64,000 bases of DNA from Gemmatimonadales bacterium (GTDB lineage Bacteria; Gemmatimonadota; Gemmatimonadetes; Gemmatimonadales; GWC2-71-9): contig JBBCJC010000001.1 in NCBI GenBank assembly GCA_037189525.1, positions 512,001 through 576,000 of the forward strand, read 5' to 3'. A model generated the notes under the pieces. The model did not search any database. It was not told the origin of the DNA and saw only the letters and a list, made by a program, of their open reading frames with translations. Made by a program: the position numbers and the translations under genes. Positions 26,490 to 36,783 of the stretch are shown here, piece by piece. Within the stretch, counting starts at the first letter, position 1, and the number at the start of each line of letters is the position of its first letter.

Positions 26490-27884
26490 CTACCGTCGTG
26501 ACGGCCGGTCTCCGACAGCTTTGAAGATCACGCCGTCCTTCATCACGAACGCCACCCGCTTCAGGACATTGACATCCTGGAGCGGGTTGCCCGTGACGGC
26601 GATGATATCGGCCGCAAATTCCGGCCGAAGAACACCCCGCTCCTGCTCCATCCCCAGCAGCTCAGCAGCGTTCGTCGTCATGGCGCGGATCAGATCCGCC
26701 GGAGGGATACCGGCTGCGTGCCAGCTGTCGATCACCGACATGGTGATCTCGCCCCGATCGTACCAGCCCGTCGGCGCGCGGACGATGTCGGCCCCGAACG
26801 CCATCCGAACCCCGATCCGATGGGCCCGCCGTAACCGGTCGATCGTGCGGTCATCCTGACTCGACCGCCCCGACTTCTCCATCCAGACACCGGCGGGATC
26901 GGTCCCCACTAGCACGACGCCGCGCTCCTTAGCCATCCTGAGCGTCTCATCGCTCATGATATAGCCATGCTCGATCGATGCGACACCGGCTTCGATCGAG
27001 GCCCGCGCCCCGGCTTCCGTAACGGCGTGGGTCGTCACCTTGGCGCCGCCACGCGCCGCTTCCTGCACAGCAAACCGGAGATCGTCGACGTCGTACGCGT
27101 AACGCTGATCGTCCACGATGAGCTTGATCCAGGTCGCGCCGTAGTGAATGTTCTGCCGGATGGCGGCCTGCAGTTCTTCTCGGGTATCGGCATAGAAGTA
27201 GTCCTGCTCACCGATGCGCGGGAACTCGGGGCTGACCCGGAACTGCGCCCCAAACGGAGCAATGATTTTCCCCGCGTAGACGATGGTGGGCCCGACGATC
27301 GGCCGGCCGCCCACGGCCATGCGGTCGACCACCGCATCGCCGTACACCCGGCGTCGAAGGGGATCGCCCTGGTTGAAGAAGAGCGCGAGCGCCGCGTCGG
27401 CGAAGTTGCCGGCATTCCCGAGATCGCGTACGGTCGTAAAACCTGCTGCCATCATCTGCCAGGCAAGCGCAATTCCCTGTAACGCCCGCTCCGGCGTCGA
27501 GACGATGAGCGCATAGTCCCGAAGGTTCGTAAAGGCGGGATCGTAGGCTGCCGTGAGATGGGTATGGGCATCGAAGAGCCCAGGGAGCACGACGTACTTG
27601 GAGAGATCGACGACCGTCGCACCGGCGGGCACCGGGAGGTTGGCACCGATCGCCGTGATCTTTCCTCCGGTGACGACAATGGTTTGCGCATCGATCGTGC
27701 GGCCCGCGACGGGATCGACGACGGCGCCCGCCTTGATCACCGTCACGGGCTCGGAAGTCGTCTGCCCATCGGCACTCCCGACCATTCCACCGACGAACGC
27801 CAGAGCAGCTACCCATCGACGAACCCCGCCGCCGATCCGTGCGACGACGCCTTCCGTTCCCAGACCTGTCTGCATCGGGGTCAT
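26490..27884 (-). CDS. Amidohydrolase family protein
   Basis: PGLFDAHTH, GFTTVRDLG, WIK, THA, SIEHG, ADIIAV. Start uncertain. Confidence 0.9.
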   Translation of the reverse strand: MTPMQTGLGTEGVVARIGGGVRRWVAALAFVGGMVGSADGQTTSEPVTVIKAGAVVDPVAGRTIDAQTIVVTGGKITAIGANLPVPAGATVVDLSKYVVLPGLFDAHTHLTAAYDPAFTNLRDYALIVSTPERALQGIALAWQMMAAGFTTVRDLGNAGNFADAALALFFNQGDPLRRRVYGDAVVDRMAVGGRPIVGPTIVYAGKIIAPFGAQFRVSPEFPRIGEQDYFYADTREELQAAIRQNIHYGATWIKLIVDDQRYAYDVDDLRFAVQEAARGGAKVTTHAVTEAGARASIEAGVASIEHGYIMSDETLRMAKERGVVLVGTDPAGVWMEKSGRSSQDDRTIDRLRRAHRIGVRMAFGADIVRAPTGWYDRGEITMSVIDSWHAAGIPPADLIRAMTTNAAELLGMEQERGVLRPEFAADIIAVTGNPLQDVNVLKRVAFVMKDGVIFKAVGDRPSRR

Positions 27885-28115
27885 CCCTCGGCCCTCCCTC
27901 AGAGTTCCACCGAACCGTTCGTCCGCGAGTTCCCGGCTAGCGCCGGGTGATCTTTCATCCGGCAATCGAAGAAATTCGTCGCGGGCGGCCCGAAGCCAAT
28001 TGTCGAGTATAGCCGAAAACAAGGACGCCCGACTCCGAAACACCAGACTCCAGGCAACCACGCGGCATAGGGAATGGCGCCCCCACATCCCGCCGCGGAG
28101 CCCGGGATCGGCCGA

Positions 28116-28898
28116 CTATCGCTCCGTAATCCGGCGGACCACCTTCCCCTCGGCGTCGAGAAACTCCATCACCGGCGCTCCCGTGGAGTCCACCCGCAGC
28201 ACGAGACGGGGCCGGCCTTTCGGGTCCGCCAGGCGAACCACCGTCGCTCGGTCGGCATCCTTCCCGGCAAAGAACCGGACCGCGCTCACCTCGCCGAGTT
28301 CCGCCTGGCGCTGGCGCATCTGCTGCATTCGGGCGCGCTGCTCGGCGGTATCGGACAGCTTCCGGATCGCGATCGTACTGTCGAGCCACGGTTGCAGCGG
28401 CGCGGTGGGGCGATCATAGACGCGGACACCGGCGACACGCTGCCCGTTCACATCGCTGTGCGAGATCTGGACGACCTGATCCTGCTTGTGCTGATCGAAG
28501 GTCAGGCTGCCGCCGGCACGATAGCCGTTGGCCGAGTCAGCGCCCGAGAAGATCAGTCCGCCGGTTTCGTCGCCGACATCGTTGAAGAAGATGAGCCCGG
28601 CAGCCCGCGCGCCGGAGCGAATGGGATACGCCGTACCGCCCAGGACCGGATCAGGCAACCGCTCGCTGTTGGAGAGCGTCATGCGCAGCGTGCCATCGCG
28701 CTCGACGACATTGATGCGCTCGACGTCCAGCACCTGGAGTCTCTGCGGCTCTTTCTTCATCAGGGTCAGACCCAGGAGGATTGCGACCACGATCGTCATC
28801 ACCATCGCGTAGATCTTGAGGCCCTTCACATCCCGTTCGATCGTGCTACCGGTCGTCGCACTCACGGCCCACCTCCAGTCGAATACGGTCTCGATCAT
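28116..28898 (-). CDS. Conserved hypothetical membrane-anchored protein (paralog of 49506-50261)
   Basis: Single N-terminal TM segment; motif blocks shared with the paralog. Confidence 0.75.
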   Translation of the reverse strand: MIETVFDWRWAVSATTGSTIERDVKGLKIYAMVMTIVVAILLGLTLMKKEPQRLQVLDVERINVVERDGTLRMTLSNSERLPDPVLGGTAYPIRSGARAAGLIFFNDVGDETGGLIFSGADSANGYRAGGSLTFDQHKQDQVVQISHSDVNGQRVAGVRVYDRPTAPLQPWLDSTIAIRKLSDTAEQRARMQQMRQRQAELGEVSAVRFFAGKDADRATVVRLADPKGRPRLVLRVDSTGAPVMEFLDAEGKVVRRITER

Positions 28899-29002
28899 CC
28901 CCGAAGCTCCACCGGCTCCGGATATTCACTCGTTTCTCGGCTCGGCCGGCGGCGACCCAGGCCACCCCCACCACGCTAGCACAGGCGCACGTGCGCGAGG
29001 GG

Positions 29003-30109
29003 CTATCCGCAGACGTTTCGGATCAGGCTGCGCATGTTGCCTCCGACGATTTTGCCCACCGCCCCATCGTCATATCCGGCGGCGGACAACGCCTCGGCCA
29101 CGCGGACCAGGCGGTCGGGGCCGTTGAGCTCGGCTGCCCGGATGTGGTCGGGTACCCGTTCGGTGCCCGGTAACCCTGGCGTCCGCTCCGCCCAGCCTCG
29201 CATTCCCCGAAGTTCGTCTTCGAGCGAGGCCACACCGAGCGATGGTCCATCGCTCGAGAAGGCGACATGATCGATGCCTACCAACTGTACCACATGGTCG
29301 ATGTGCCGGACCACATCCGCTACCGACGTGCGCGGCGCGGTGGTCAGCCAGAGCGACATGCTGAAGATGCCGATCACGCCGCCCTTGGCCGCCAGAGCGC
29401 GAATCTGAGCATCCGACTTGTTCCGCAGCGTGTCGTAGAGTGACCGGCACCCCGTGTGCGTGAAGGCGCAGGGCCGCTCGGACAACGCAATGGCCTCGTC
29501 CGTCGTCCGGTCGCTGCAGTGGGACAGATCGATGATCATCCTCAGCTCATTCATCCATCGCACCACGTTCTGTCCCAGACGGCTCAGCCCTCCGTCGCTT
29601 CCCTCCCGGTAGGCTTCGGCCACCGCATTCCGGTCGCTGTGCGTCAGTTGGAGGACGCGGAGCCCGAGATCGTGAAACAGACGGAGGTTGCGGGACGCAT
29701 CGGCCGGCGCGCCGAGGATCGACGCATCCTGACTGGCCAGGATCACGCCGAAGCGACCGGTGCTGACCGCCGTATCGAGATCGGCGGCGGTCAGCACCCG
29801 CTGGAACCCGGACCCGGGCGCGTTGAACGCGACGTTCCAGGTGGCGAGCGCCTGCACCGCGTTCTCGAAGGTACGCGGGAATGACCTGAGATCGACGATG
29901 GCGGCCGAGAGACCGGCAGAGACGGCGCGTTTGGGATCGAATGATGGATCGTCGACTGCAAGGCAGTCGATCGTCAGGCGGGCAGACGAGCGATCCGGCT
30001 GGCTGGAGGACCGTTTGGGCGGGGACATCAGCGGTGCCGGTACGGCAGCGGCGCCCATCGCGGCACCGAGCAGGTGCGTGAACCGCCGTCGGGAGTACGC
30101 CATCGCCAT
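29003..30109 (-). CDS. Membrane dipeptidase (M19) family protein, Tat-like signal
   Basis: SRRRF, GLRVLQLTH, IDLSHCS, LRNKSD, GIDHV. Confidence 0.85.
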   Translation of the reverse strand: MAMAYSRRRFTHLLGAAMGAAAVPAPLMSPPKRSSSQPDRSSARLTIDCLAVDDPSFDPKRAVSAGLSAAIVDLRSFPRTFENAVQALATWNVAFNAPGSGFQRVLTAADLDTAVSTGRFGVILASQDASILGAPADASRNLRLFHDLGLRVLQLTHSDRNAVAEAYREGSDGGLSRLGQNVVRWMNELRMIIDLSHCSDRTTDEAIALSERPCAFTHTGCRSLYDTLRNKSDAQIRALAAKGGVIGIFSMSLWLTTAPRTSVADVVRHIDHVVQLVGIDHVAFSSDGPSLGVASLEDELRGMRGWAERTPGLPGTERVPDHIRAAELNGPDRLVRVAEALSAAGYDDGAVGKIVGGNMRSLIRNVCG

Positions 30110-30156
30110 CGGCCGACCTCCTGTGAGCGCGGGTGCGATAGCCCCGCAACCGTATG

Positions 30157-30702
30157 CTATGCGGGTGATGCGACGGGCATATCCATGAACCGGGACAGCG
30201 CCCCGTGGAGGGTCGCCAGCGCCGCCGTCATCTGATTGGCCACCGTCTGCGGAGCGATGTCGAGCGTCTCGGCGATTTCCCGATAGGTCAGGCCGTGAAA
30301 GCGTGCTAGAACGAAGACCTCCCGGCGCCTGGTCGGCAGACCGTGCACCGCCTGGAGCACCGCCTGGTGAAGTTCCTCGCACTCGAGCACCTGGATGGGC
30401 GTCTGCAGCGGCGCGCCCAGCCAGCGGTGCTGCAATCGCAGCTGGCGCTCCCGAAAGCCCTCGGCTTTGATCTCATTGAGGGCCAGGTTCCGGGCAATCC
30501 GGTACAGCACGGCGCGCGGCACGGTCGAGGTCCACCACCGGGCGCGCTGCTCCCACAGTCGCACGAAGGCCTCCTGGACCACGTCCTCCGCCGCATCCTT
30601 GTCGTCGAGCAGGCGTCTGACGTAGACCACCAGTTCCTGCCAGTACTGCTCTACCAGCCACTGCAGCGCGTCGGGGTCGCCCGCGCGGAGGGAGGCCATC
30701 AT
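30157..30702 (-). CDS. ECF sigma-70 factor
   Basis: AEDVVQEAFVRLW, LYRIARNLALN, LTYREIAETLDIAPQTV. Start uncertain. Confidence 0.9.
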   Translation of the reverse strand: MMASLRAGDPDALQWLVEQYWQELVVYVRRLLDDKDAAEDVVQEAFVRLWEQRARWWTSTVPRAVLYRIARNLALNEIKAEGFRERQLRLQHRWLGAPLQTPIQVLECEELHQAVLQAVHGLPTRRREVFVLARFHGLTYREIAETLDIAPQTVANQMTAALATLHGALSRFMDMPVASPA

Positions 30703-30977
30703 GGCTTCTCCCCCATCCGTCTCTTGCGGAACCCGCCTAGTCGCGCCGCGCTCCCGTTCACCCCGCCGGCGGGCCGCCCGGGGATCGTTCCGGGAAAACC
30801 GACGGTCTCTCCGTACCGGTTCGAGGACAGCGAGTTCGTTAGACACGGGACACGCCCTATTGGCTCGAGAGAGATCTCGTTCGTTGGCGGCCGGCTCGAT
30901 GCGATATCCCGGCGGCGCCCCTGCGGAACGGGGCATCGGTCGCAGCGCATCGATCGGCACCATACCACAAATCCATT

Positions 30978-30989
30978 ATGTACGGACAA
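30978..30989. promoter_or_regulatory. GntR/HutC-type operator candidate ATGTACGGACAA (copy 1)
   Basis: Same motif at 38893-38904 and, with one mismatch, on the reverse strand at 43206-43217. Confidence 0.6.
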
Positions 30990-31081
30990 AACGACGATCG
31001 TATAGTACGGACCTTTCAACATGCCGTCAAGGTCGGGCCAGGAAGGTCTTGTTGGGAGACGGATAACGGCGGGAAGGCAGC

Positions 31082-31116
31082 AAAAAAGAACGGGAGACTG
31101 ATGCTCAGCCTCCCGT
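31082..31116 (-). terminator. Rho-independent terminator after susD-like gene
   Basis: Minus strand ACGGGAGGCTGA-gca-TCAGTCTCCCGT followed by TCTTTTTT. Confidence 0.8.
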
Positions 31117-31157
31117 CCTCCAACCCAGATCTCGCTCGGGACGCTCGATGAGCGCCG

Positions 31158-32513
31158 TCACATGTTGGGATTGGCGTCCTTCTCCGCGAGCGGCAACGGC
31201 AGGCAGGTCACGTTCCCATAGACCCCGCCGCCGGCACTCTGTGGATATGCCGTGCCCGCCGCGGGTGTGAACGGCAGGGCGTACCGCAGCAGATCGCCCA
31301 GATGGTGACTCTCGAGGAACAACTCGCGCCGGCGCTCCTCGATCACCTGCGCGCGAATCTCGGCCGCCGTCCCGCCCGCGAACGGCGGAATCCCGGCGGC
31401 GGCGTGCAGCGCATTGATGATATCGATGGCCACCTGGCCACCTTGCGCCTCGGCCACGATGAGCTGCGCCTCGGCGCTCCGCGCGATGGGAATCGAGGTG
31501 CCGGTCGTCTGGTATTTCTGCTGCAGCCAGAGCGGGGTGAGCGCGTTTTGACCGTTGCGCCCGGCATCCGTGACCGGCACGCGCGGATCCGCCACACCGG
31601 CCCACGCAACGCCACGGTATCCGTCCTCCACCGTGAAGTACGAGTTGATGTTGGTCGACTGTACGATGCTGTTGTAGCGTCGGGGCACCGTGTTGGCGAA
31701 TGTCGCGTTGCGGACATAACCTGCTGGAATGAGCGCCGCATCCGCTCCTGCCTCAGCCAGCTTCGCGGGATTGACGACCTGGCCGTTGGCGACGGCCAGA
31801 TTGAGGCGCGCTCGCGCCCTGCCGAGCAGCGCCATGTGCCGGATGGCGTCGGCCGACGATCCCGCCGCCTGCGCCGCGCCGATCGCCGCCGTGAGGCGCG
31901 TCTCCGCTTCCGTGAACGCCGCCGCGCGGGTCAGCTCCGGACCCGCGTCGATCGCCATCGAGCAATAACTCTCGGCCAGGAGGACGAGAGCGTACCCGGA
32001 GTGCGCCTTGGCCGTGGCCGTCAGGAGCTCCCGATTCGCAATCGGCGTGTCGGCCCACAGCACTTCGAGCCGATTGGCCACGTCGTCACCCTGGAAACGC
32101 GCGACCTGCAGCGGGTTGTAGATCCCGGGGAATGATTCCGGCGACCCTCCGGTATCGCAGGTCGACGCGTGGATCGGGCTGACGAGATCGGTCGTCGCCC
32201 GCCGATCGACCGTCCAGTAGCTCCCGAGCGCGTTCTGTGCATCGGCGTAGATGTTCCCGTGGATGCCGCTCCCCAGGACGTAGCGGCCGAAGGCGCATTC
32301 GAAGTCCGTCACGACGCTCGTCACCATGAGCTGCGCGAGGTTCGGATTGTTCAGATCGTCGGCCACGACTTGCGACGGGATGTCGACATCCAGCAGACTC
32401 TCGCAGCCGGTCAGTCCGGCTGCCATCGCGACGATCAGCGCCGCGCGCCCCCAGGGACGCCGACCGGCCGAGCGCCGGCCGTTGTTCTCGACTCGTTCTC
32501 GTGAACGCAGCAT
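31158..32513 (-). CDS. RagB/SusD-family nutrient-binding lipoprotein
   Basis: LTGC lipobox, EERRRELFLESH, terminal LPLAEKDANPN; directly follows the SusC-like gene. Confidence 0.9.
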   Translation of the reverse strand: MLRSRERVENNGRRSAGRRPWGRAALIVAMAAGLTGCESLLDVDIPSQVVADDLNNPNLAQLMVTSVVTDFECAFGRYVLGSGIHGNIYADAQNALGSYWTVDRRATTDLVSPIHASTCDTGGSPESFPGIYNPLQVARFQGDDVANRLEVLWADTPIANRELLTATAKAHSGYALVLLAESYCSMAIDAGPELTRAAAFTEAETRLTAAIGAAQAAGSSADAIRHMALLGRARARLNLAVANGQVVNPAKLAEAGADAALIPAGYVRNATFANTVPRRYNSIVQSTNINSYFTVEDGYRGVAWAGVADPRVPVTDAGRNGQNALTPLWLQQKYQTTGTSIPIARSAEAQLIVAEAQGGQVAIDIINALHAAAGIPPFAGGTAAEIRAQVIEERRRELFLESHHLGDLLRYALPFTPAAGTAYPQSAGGGVYGNVTCLPLPLAEKDANPNM

Positions 32514-32521
32514 GATGGCCC

Positions 32522-35512
32522 TCACCAGTTGACGCGGATAGTGGCAGCGAACGACGCAAGCTGCGGCGTCGTCGTCTGCTCGTAATAGTTGTAATTCTGG
32601 ATCGCCGTCGAGGCAGCGCTCTCGGGGTCGAGCCCCGTATAGCCCGTCCAGGTATGGAGATTCCGGCCCGCCAGGTTCACGCTGATCCGGTTGGCTCGCA
32701 CACTCCGCGCCCAGCCGTCCGGAACGTCGAATGTGACGGAGAGCTCGCGGAGCTTGAGGAAGTCCGCCTTCGAGAAGTACTTCCCGTGCAGGGTGAGCTG
32801 GTTGTTCGCGATATCGATCGGGTCGAAGTCCTCCGGCCGCATGTTGATATCGCAGAGCCGGAACACCGCGCAGCGAGCCCAGTTCGTCTCGTCCCGCAAC
32901 AGATGACCACCGCGGAAATCGAAGTGGGCAAAGAGCACGATCCGATCCCACAACCGGATGGAATTGCTGACGCCTCCCTCCCATTTCGGCAACAGTCGGC
33001 CGAATGCCACGACCGGCGCCGACGCGCAGGCGACAGGCGCGCCGCCACCCGGGCCGGGATCACACAGAATGTTCTCGGCGAGCCCGGTGGTGGGATTGAA
33101 GTCGGCACTCACCACCTTGCGCTGATAGGCCACGCCGATCTCCTCCCCCTCGGTATGGCGCATCAGACCGGCGCCGATGAAGGTGAGCTCCGGATTGTTC
33201 GGATCGAGATCGATGACCTTGCTCGAATTGACGGCGTAGTTGAAATCGACGTCCCATTTGAGGGCGCGTGATTCGATCGGCGACAGCCGGAGCTGCACTT
33301 CCAACCCGGAGTTCTGCACGTGTCCGGCGTTGAAGAACTGCTGCGTGAAGAAACCCGAGGACGGCGCCGGCAGGCGCGTCAGGATCATGTCCCGGGTGTC
33401 CTTCCGATAGTAGTTGAAGTCGATGCCGACTCGGCCGCCGAGGAGACCCGCTTCGAAACCGATCTCGGTTTCCGTACTCCGCTCCGGACCGAGATCAGGA
33501 TTCCCGACCGAGAGCGGGCTAACCGCCGAGCCGGTGGCCGACGACGTCGGTCGATAAGTCCGGATCGCGGCGAAGGCCGACGGCTGCAGACCGGACTGAC
33601 CGTAGGCCGCCCGCAGTTTGACCGACTCGAGGAACCCGATCTTCCAGAACGGTTCATCGCTGATGACCCAGGAGAGGCTCGCCTTGGGATAGGTTACGAG
33701 ATCGAATGCCGCGCCGAAGGCGCTGTTGTCGTCGGCGCGGATGGCGCCCGTGACGAACAGGCGGTCGTTCAGCGCGAACACCTGCTGGAGGTACGTCCCG
33801 ATCGTGACGTTCTCGAGGTAGTCGTCTCCCCCGAATGTCCGGGCCGCCCCCGATACCGTGGTAATGCCGGGCGCCGGGAATCCCTGCCCTTCGGAGTACT
33901 GTAGCTTGGTGAACCGCCGGTAGTACTGCGCACCGACCGAGGTCGTCGAGGTGATCCGCTGGCCGAGCCCCGTACTGGCGGTCAGGGCGTAGTCGAGCGT
34001 GTTGACCGTCTCGTTGCGGCGGTTGACAATCTTCCGCCCGTCGCGATCGACCGCGGAGCTGAAGAACTGGCGAATACTGTCGGGCTGCAACTCCGAGATG
34101 ACCTGGTTGTCCTCGGCGCTCTGATCCAGACCGAATACGAGGCGATGACGCAGCCACGAGAACGGCCGATGATTGAGGGTCAGACCGGTGATGTAGCGGT
34201 CGACGTCCTGGAACGTCTCGTAGGCGCTGGACCAGAACTCCGGCGGTCCGTTGAGGAAACCACGCGTCGGAGTGTTGCGGGTTGCCGGATTGCCGAAAGC
34301 CGTCGCATACATCAGGGACAAGCCGCGGTCCAGGCTCATGTCGCGCCGGGCATTGGTACCGCCGAAGTTGAGCGAGATATCGATCTTCTGGTTCGGCGCG
34401 ATGGTGATATTGGCTCGGCCGGCTTTCCGGGTGAACGCGTTGCGAACCTCGATGCCCTCCTCCCGGCTGTACCCGGCTGCGGCAAAGTATTGGACGATCC
34501 CGCTGCCCCCGCTGATGGTCGCGTCGTACCCCTGCACGCTGCCGGTCCGGAAGAGCGGCCGACCCGCCGCCCGCTCGTTTGCCAGCAGGTCCTGCTCGAT
34601 GACCGTGGCGCCGTCGCGAAGGAAATTGTGCGGGATTCTGCCTTCGGGATTCATGAACCAGTTGGCGCCGCCGCGCACGATCGTCTCGACGGATGGACCG
34701 GCGTTCGCGCGGCCCCGCTTCGTGATGATCTGGATGACGCCGTTGGATGCCTCGGTGCCGTACAAGGTCGCCGCCGCCGGGCCTTTGATGACCTCGATGC
34801 TCTCGATCTCGTTCGGATTGAGATCGCCCAATCGCGAGATATTGGGCTCGGATGAATTGATCGAAGGACCGGTTGCCACGGCGTTGTTGGCGCGTACGCC
34901 ATCGATGTAGATCAGAGGCTCCGCCGTCAGCGACAGCGACGAGCGACCGCGAATCGCCAGCTGCGGACCGGCGCCGACGACGCCGGTGACACCGACGACG
35001 TTGACGCTGGACGAGCGGCCCCGCAGCAGGTCGGAGACGTTTTTGATCGGAGCCACCTCGGCGAGCGCGGACGCATCGATGCGGTCCACCACGTTGCCGA
35101 CGGCGCGACGCTCGACCGGCACGGCGGTACCGGTCACCACGACTTCGCTCAGGTTCAGCGCCACCCGCTCCATGGTCACCGTGATCGTACCACCGACCCG
35201 CGCCGTTCCGGACCAGCGCCGAAAGCCGATGCGGGTGATGTCGAGGGTGACCTCGGAGCCGGTCAGACCCGTCAGGCGGAAGCGGCCCGCCGCGTCGGTG
35301 CTCACCTCCGTCGCGGTGCCGCGAACGATGACACGCGCCGCTTCGACCGGCGCCGATCGATCGTCCACCACCGTGCCACTGACGACGCCGGCCTGTGCCT
35401 GCACCATGACGACGCCACCACCACGCTCGGCGCGGACCGGCGCTGCGACCAGCGCGAGCGCGAGGCCGCATAGCAGGAGGGACCACATCTCGTCACCTCT
35501 CACTCGCCTCAT
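32522..35512 (-). CDS. SusC/RagA-family TonB-dependent outer-membrane transporter
   Basis: GGAGGT SD; IESIEVIKGPAAATLYGTEASNGVIQIITKRG signature; terminal Trp. Confidence 0.95.
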   Translation of the reverse strand: MRRVRGDEMWSLLLCGLALALVAAPVRAERGGGVVMVQAQAGVVSGTVVDDRSAPVEAARVIVRGTATEVSTDAAGRFRLTGLTGSEVTLDITRIGFRRWSGTARVGGTITVTMERVALNLSEVVVTGTAVPVERRAVGNVVDRIDASALAEVAPIKNVSDLLRGRSSSVNVVGVTGVVGAGPQLAIRGRSSLSLTAEPLIYIDGVRANNAVATGPSINSSEPNISRLGDLNPNEIESIEVIKGPAAATLYGTEASNGVIQIITKRGRANAGPSVETIVRGGANWFMNPEGRIPHNFLRDGATVIEQDLLANERAAGRPLFRTGSVQGYDATISGGSGIVQYFAAAGYSREEGIEVRNAFTRKAGRANITIAPNQKIDISLNFGGTNARRDMSLDRGLSLMYATAFGNPATRNTPTRGFLNGPPEFWSSAYETFQDVDRYITGLTLNHRPFSWLRHRLVFGLDQSAEDNQVISELQPDSIRQFFSSAVDRDGRKIVNRRNETVNTLDYALTASTGLGQRITSTTSVGAQYYRRFTKLQYSEGQGFPAPGITTVSGAARTFGGDDYLENVTIGTYLQQVFALNDRLFVTGAIRADDNSAFGAAFDLVTYPKASLSWVISDEPFWKIGFLESVKLRAAYGQSGLQPSAFAAIRTYRPTSSATGSAVSPLSVGNPDLGPERSTETEIGFEAGLLGGRVGIDFNYYRKDTRDMILTRLPAPSSGFFTQQFFNAGHVQNSGLEVQLRLSPIESRALKWDVDFNYAVNSSKVIDLDPNNPELTFIGAGLMRHTEGEEIGVAYQRKVVSADFNPTTGLAENILCDPGPGGGAPVACASAPVVAFGRLLPKWEGGVSNSIRLWDRIVLFAHFDFRGGHLLRDETNWARCAVFRLCDINMRPEDFDPIDIANNQLTLHGKYFSKADFLKLRELSVTFDVPDGWARSVRANRISVNLAGRNLHTWTGYTGLDPESAASTAIQNYNYYEQTTTPQLASFAATIRVNW

Positions 35513-35789
35513 TACACACCTCCGTAGGTAAGCCATGCGAGAACCACTGCTGTTTGGGATTATGGGCCGTCGTTCAGGACGCGACGGCGCCGAGCCAGGA
35601 CCAGGCACGGCGACACCGGACCTGCGAACCCCGTCCGATCGGACCGGAGCGGGTTCCTGACAGGGCCGATCGTTCCAACGTTTTCGGCGCTGCGATGTAT
35701 CTCAACAATTTCGGGTCGCGTTCCTACTAGTCACCCGGCCGCTCGGTTTTTTTGCGGGGGTTTCAGGCTGTCCGGAACAAACGGTGACG

Positions 35790-36695
35790 TCAGGGGGAAT
35801 CGGAGTCGCCCGAGAGGGGCAGGTCGAGTATCACCCGAAGGGCCCGCGCCGCCGCACTCGGCCGCCGGTGCGGCAGCGCCAGATGCGCAAATGTCCGGCG
35901 GATATCGAGTTGTTCGACCTCGACCAGCGCCAGCGTGCCCAACGCCAGCTGATCGGCCACCGTCGCCTTGGAAACGAACGCCAATCCCAACCCGGCCGCG
36001 ACGGCCGATTTGATCACCTCGGTGCCGCCAAGCTCCAGCGTTCGGGATGGCGTGAAGCCCGACCGTAACAGCACAGTCGCCACCACCGCCGCGGTACCCG
36101 AGCCCGGCTCGCGCACCAGCAGCGTCTCACCGGCAAGCTCCGCCCATGGCACCGTCCGCCCGGCAAGCGGATGCCCCGCCGGCGCAATCAGGACCAGCCG
36201 ATCCTCGCGCCACGGCTCGACCACGATGCGCGAATCCGCAACAGGCCCTTCGACCAGCGCGATATCGAGCTCGTATCCGAGCAGGCGGCGAACGATGTCC
36301 TCCGTGTTGGCGTTGATCAGACGCAGCTCGATCCCCGGGTAACGGCGCGTGTACGCACCGACCAGCGGCGGCAGGAGATAGGTGCCGATCGTCGTACTGG
36401 CGCCGATGGTGAGCGACCCTCCGGTCAGGCCGCGCACGGCCCCCAGTTCCTCTTCCGCTTTCTTGACCGACGCAAAGATGCTCCGGGCATGCTCGGCGAG
36501 GAGCGCGCCCGCTGCCGTCAGTTGGACGCCGTGCGCGCCCCGCTCGAAAAGATCGACGCCCAGCGCGCGCTCGAGGCTCCGCACGGCTTTGCTGATTGCC
36601 GGCTGGCTCACGTGCGCCAGGACGGCCCCGCGCGTGAAGGTTCCCGCACGGGCCACTGCCTCGAAAAGGCGCAGCGCATTGAGATTGACAGGCAT
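35790..36695 (-). CDS. LysR-family regulator (CysL/YeiE-like)
   Basis: N-terminal HTH (VSQPAISKAVRSLE), GASTTIGTYLLP, REPGSGT. Confidence 0.93.
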   Translation of the reverse strand: MPVNLNALRLFEAVARAGTFTRGAVLAHVSQPAISKAVRSLERALGVDLFERGAHGVQLTAAGALLAEHARSIFASVKKAEEELGAVRGLTGGSLTIGASTTIGTYLLPPLVGAYTRRYPGIELRLINANTEDIVRRLLGYELDIALVEGPVADSRIVVEPWREDRLVLIAPAGHPLAGRTVPWAELAGETLLVREPGSGTAAVVATVLLRSGFTPSRTLELGGTEVIKSAVAAGLGLAFVSKATVADQLALGTLALVEVEQLDIRRTFAHLALPHRRPSAAARALRVILDLPLSGDSDSP

Positions 36696-36708
36696 AACCG
36701 CCGGTTAT
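36694..36708. promoter_or_regulatory. LysR box (T-N11-A palindrome ATAACCGCCGGTTAT)
   Basis: Palindrome overlapping the LysR start codon in the divergent spacer. Confidence 0.7.
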
Positions 36709-36783
36709 CGGCCACCGGTACGGATCGGTATTGGCCGAATCTCCTGAAGGGCCTCTATACTGAATGCCTGTCGAGAGGGCATC

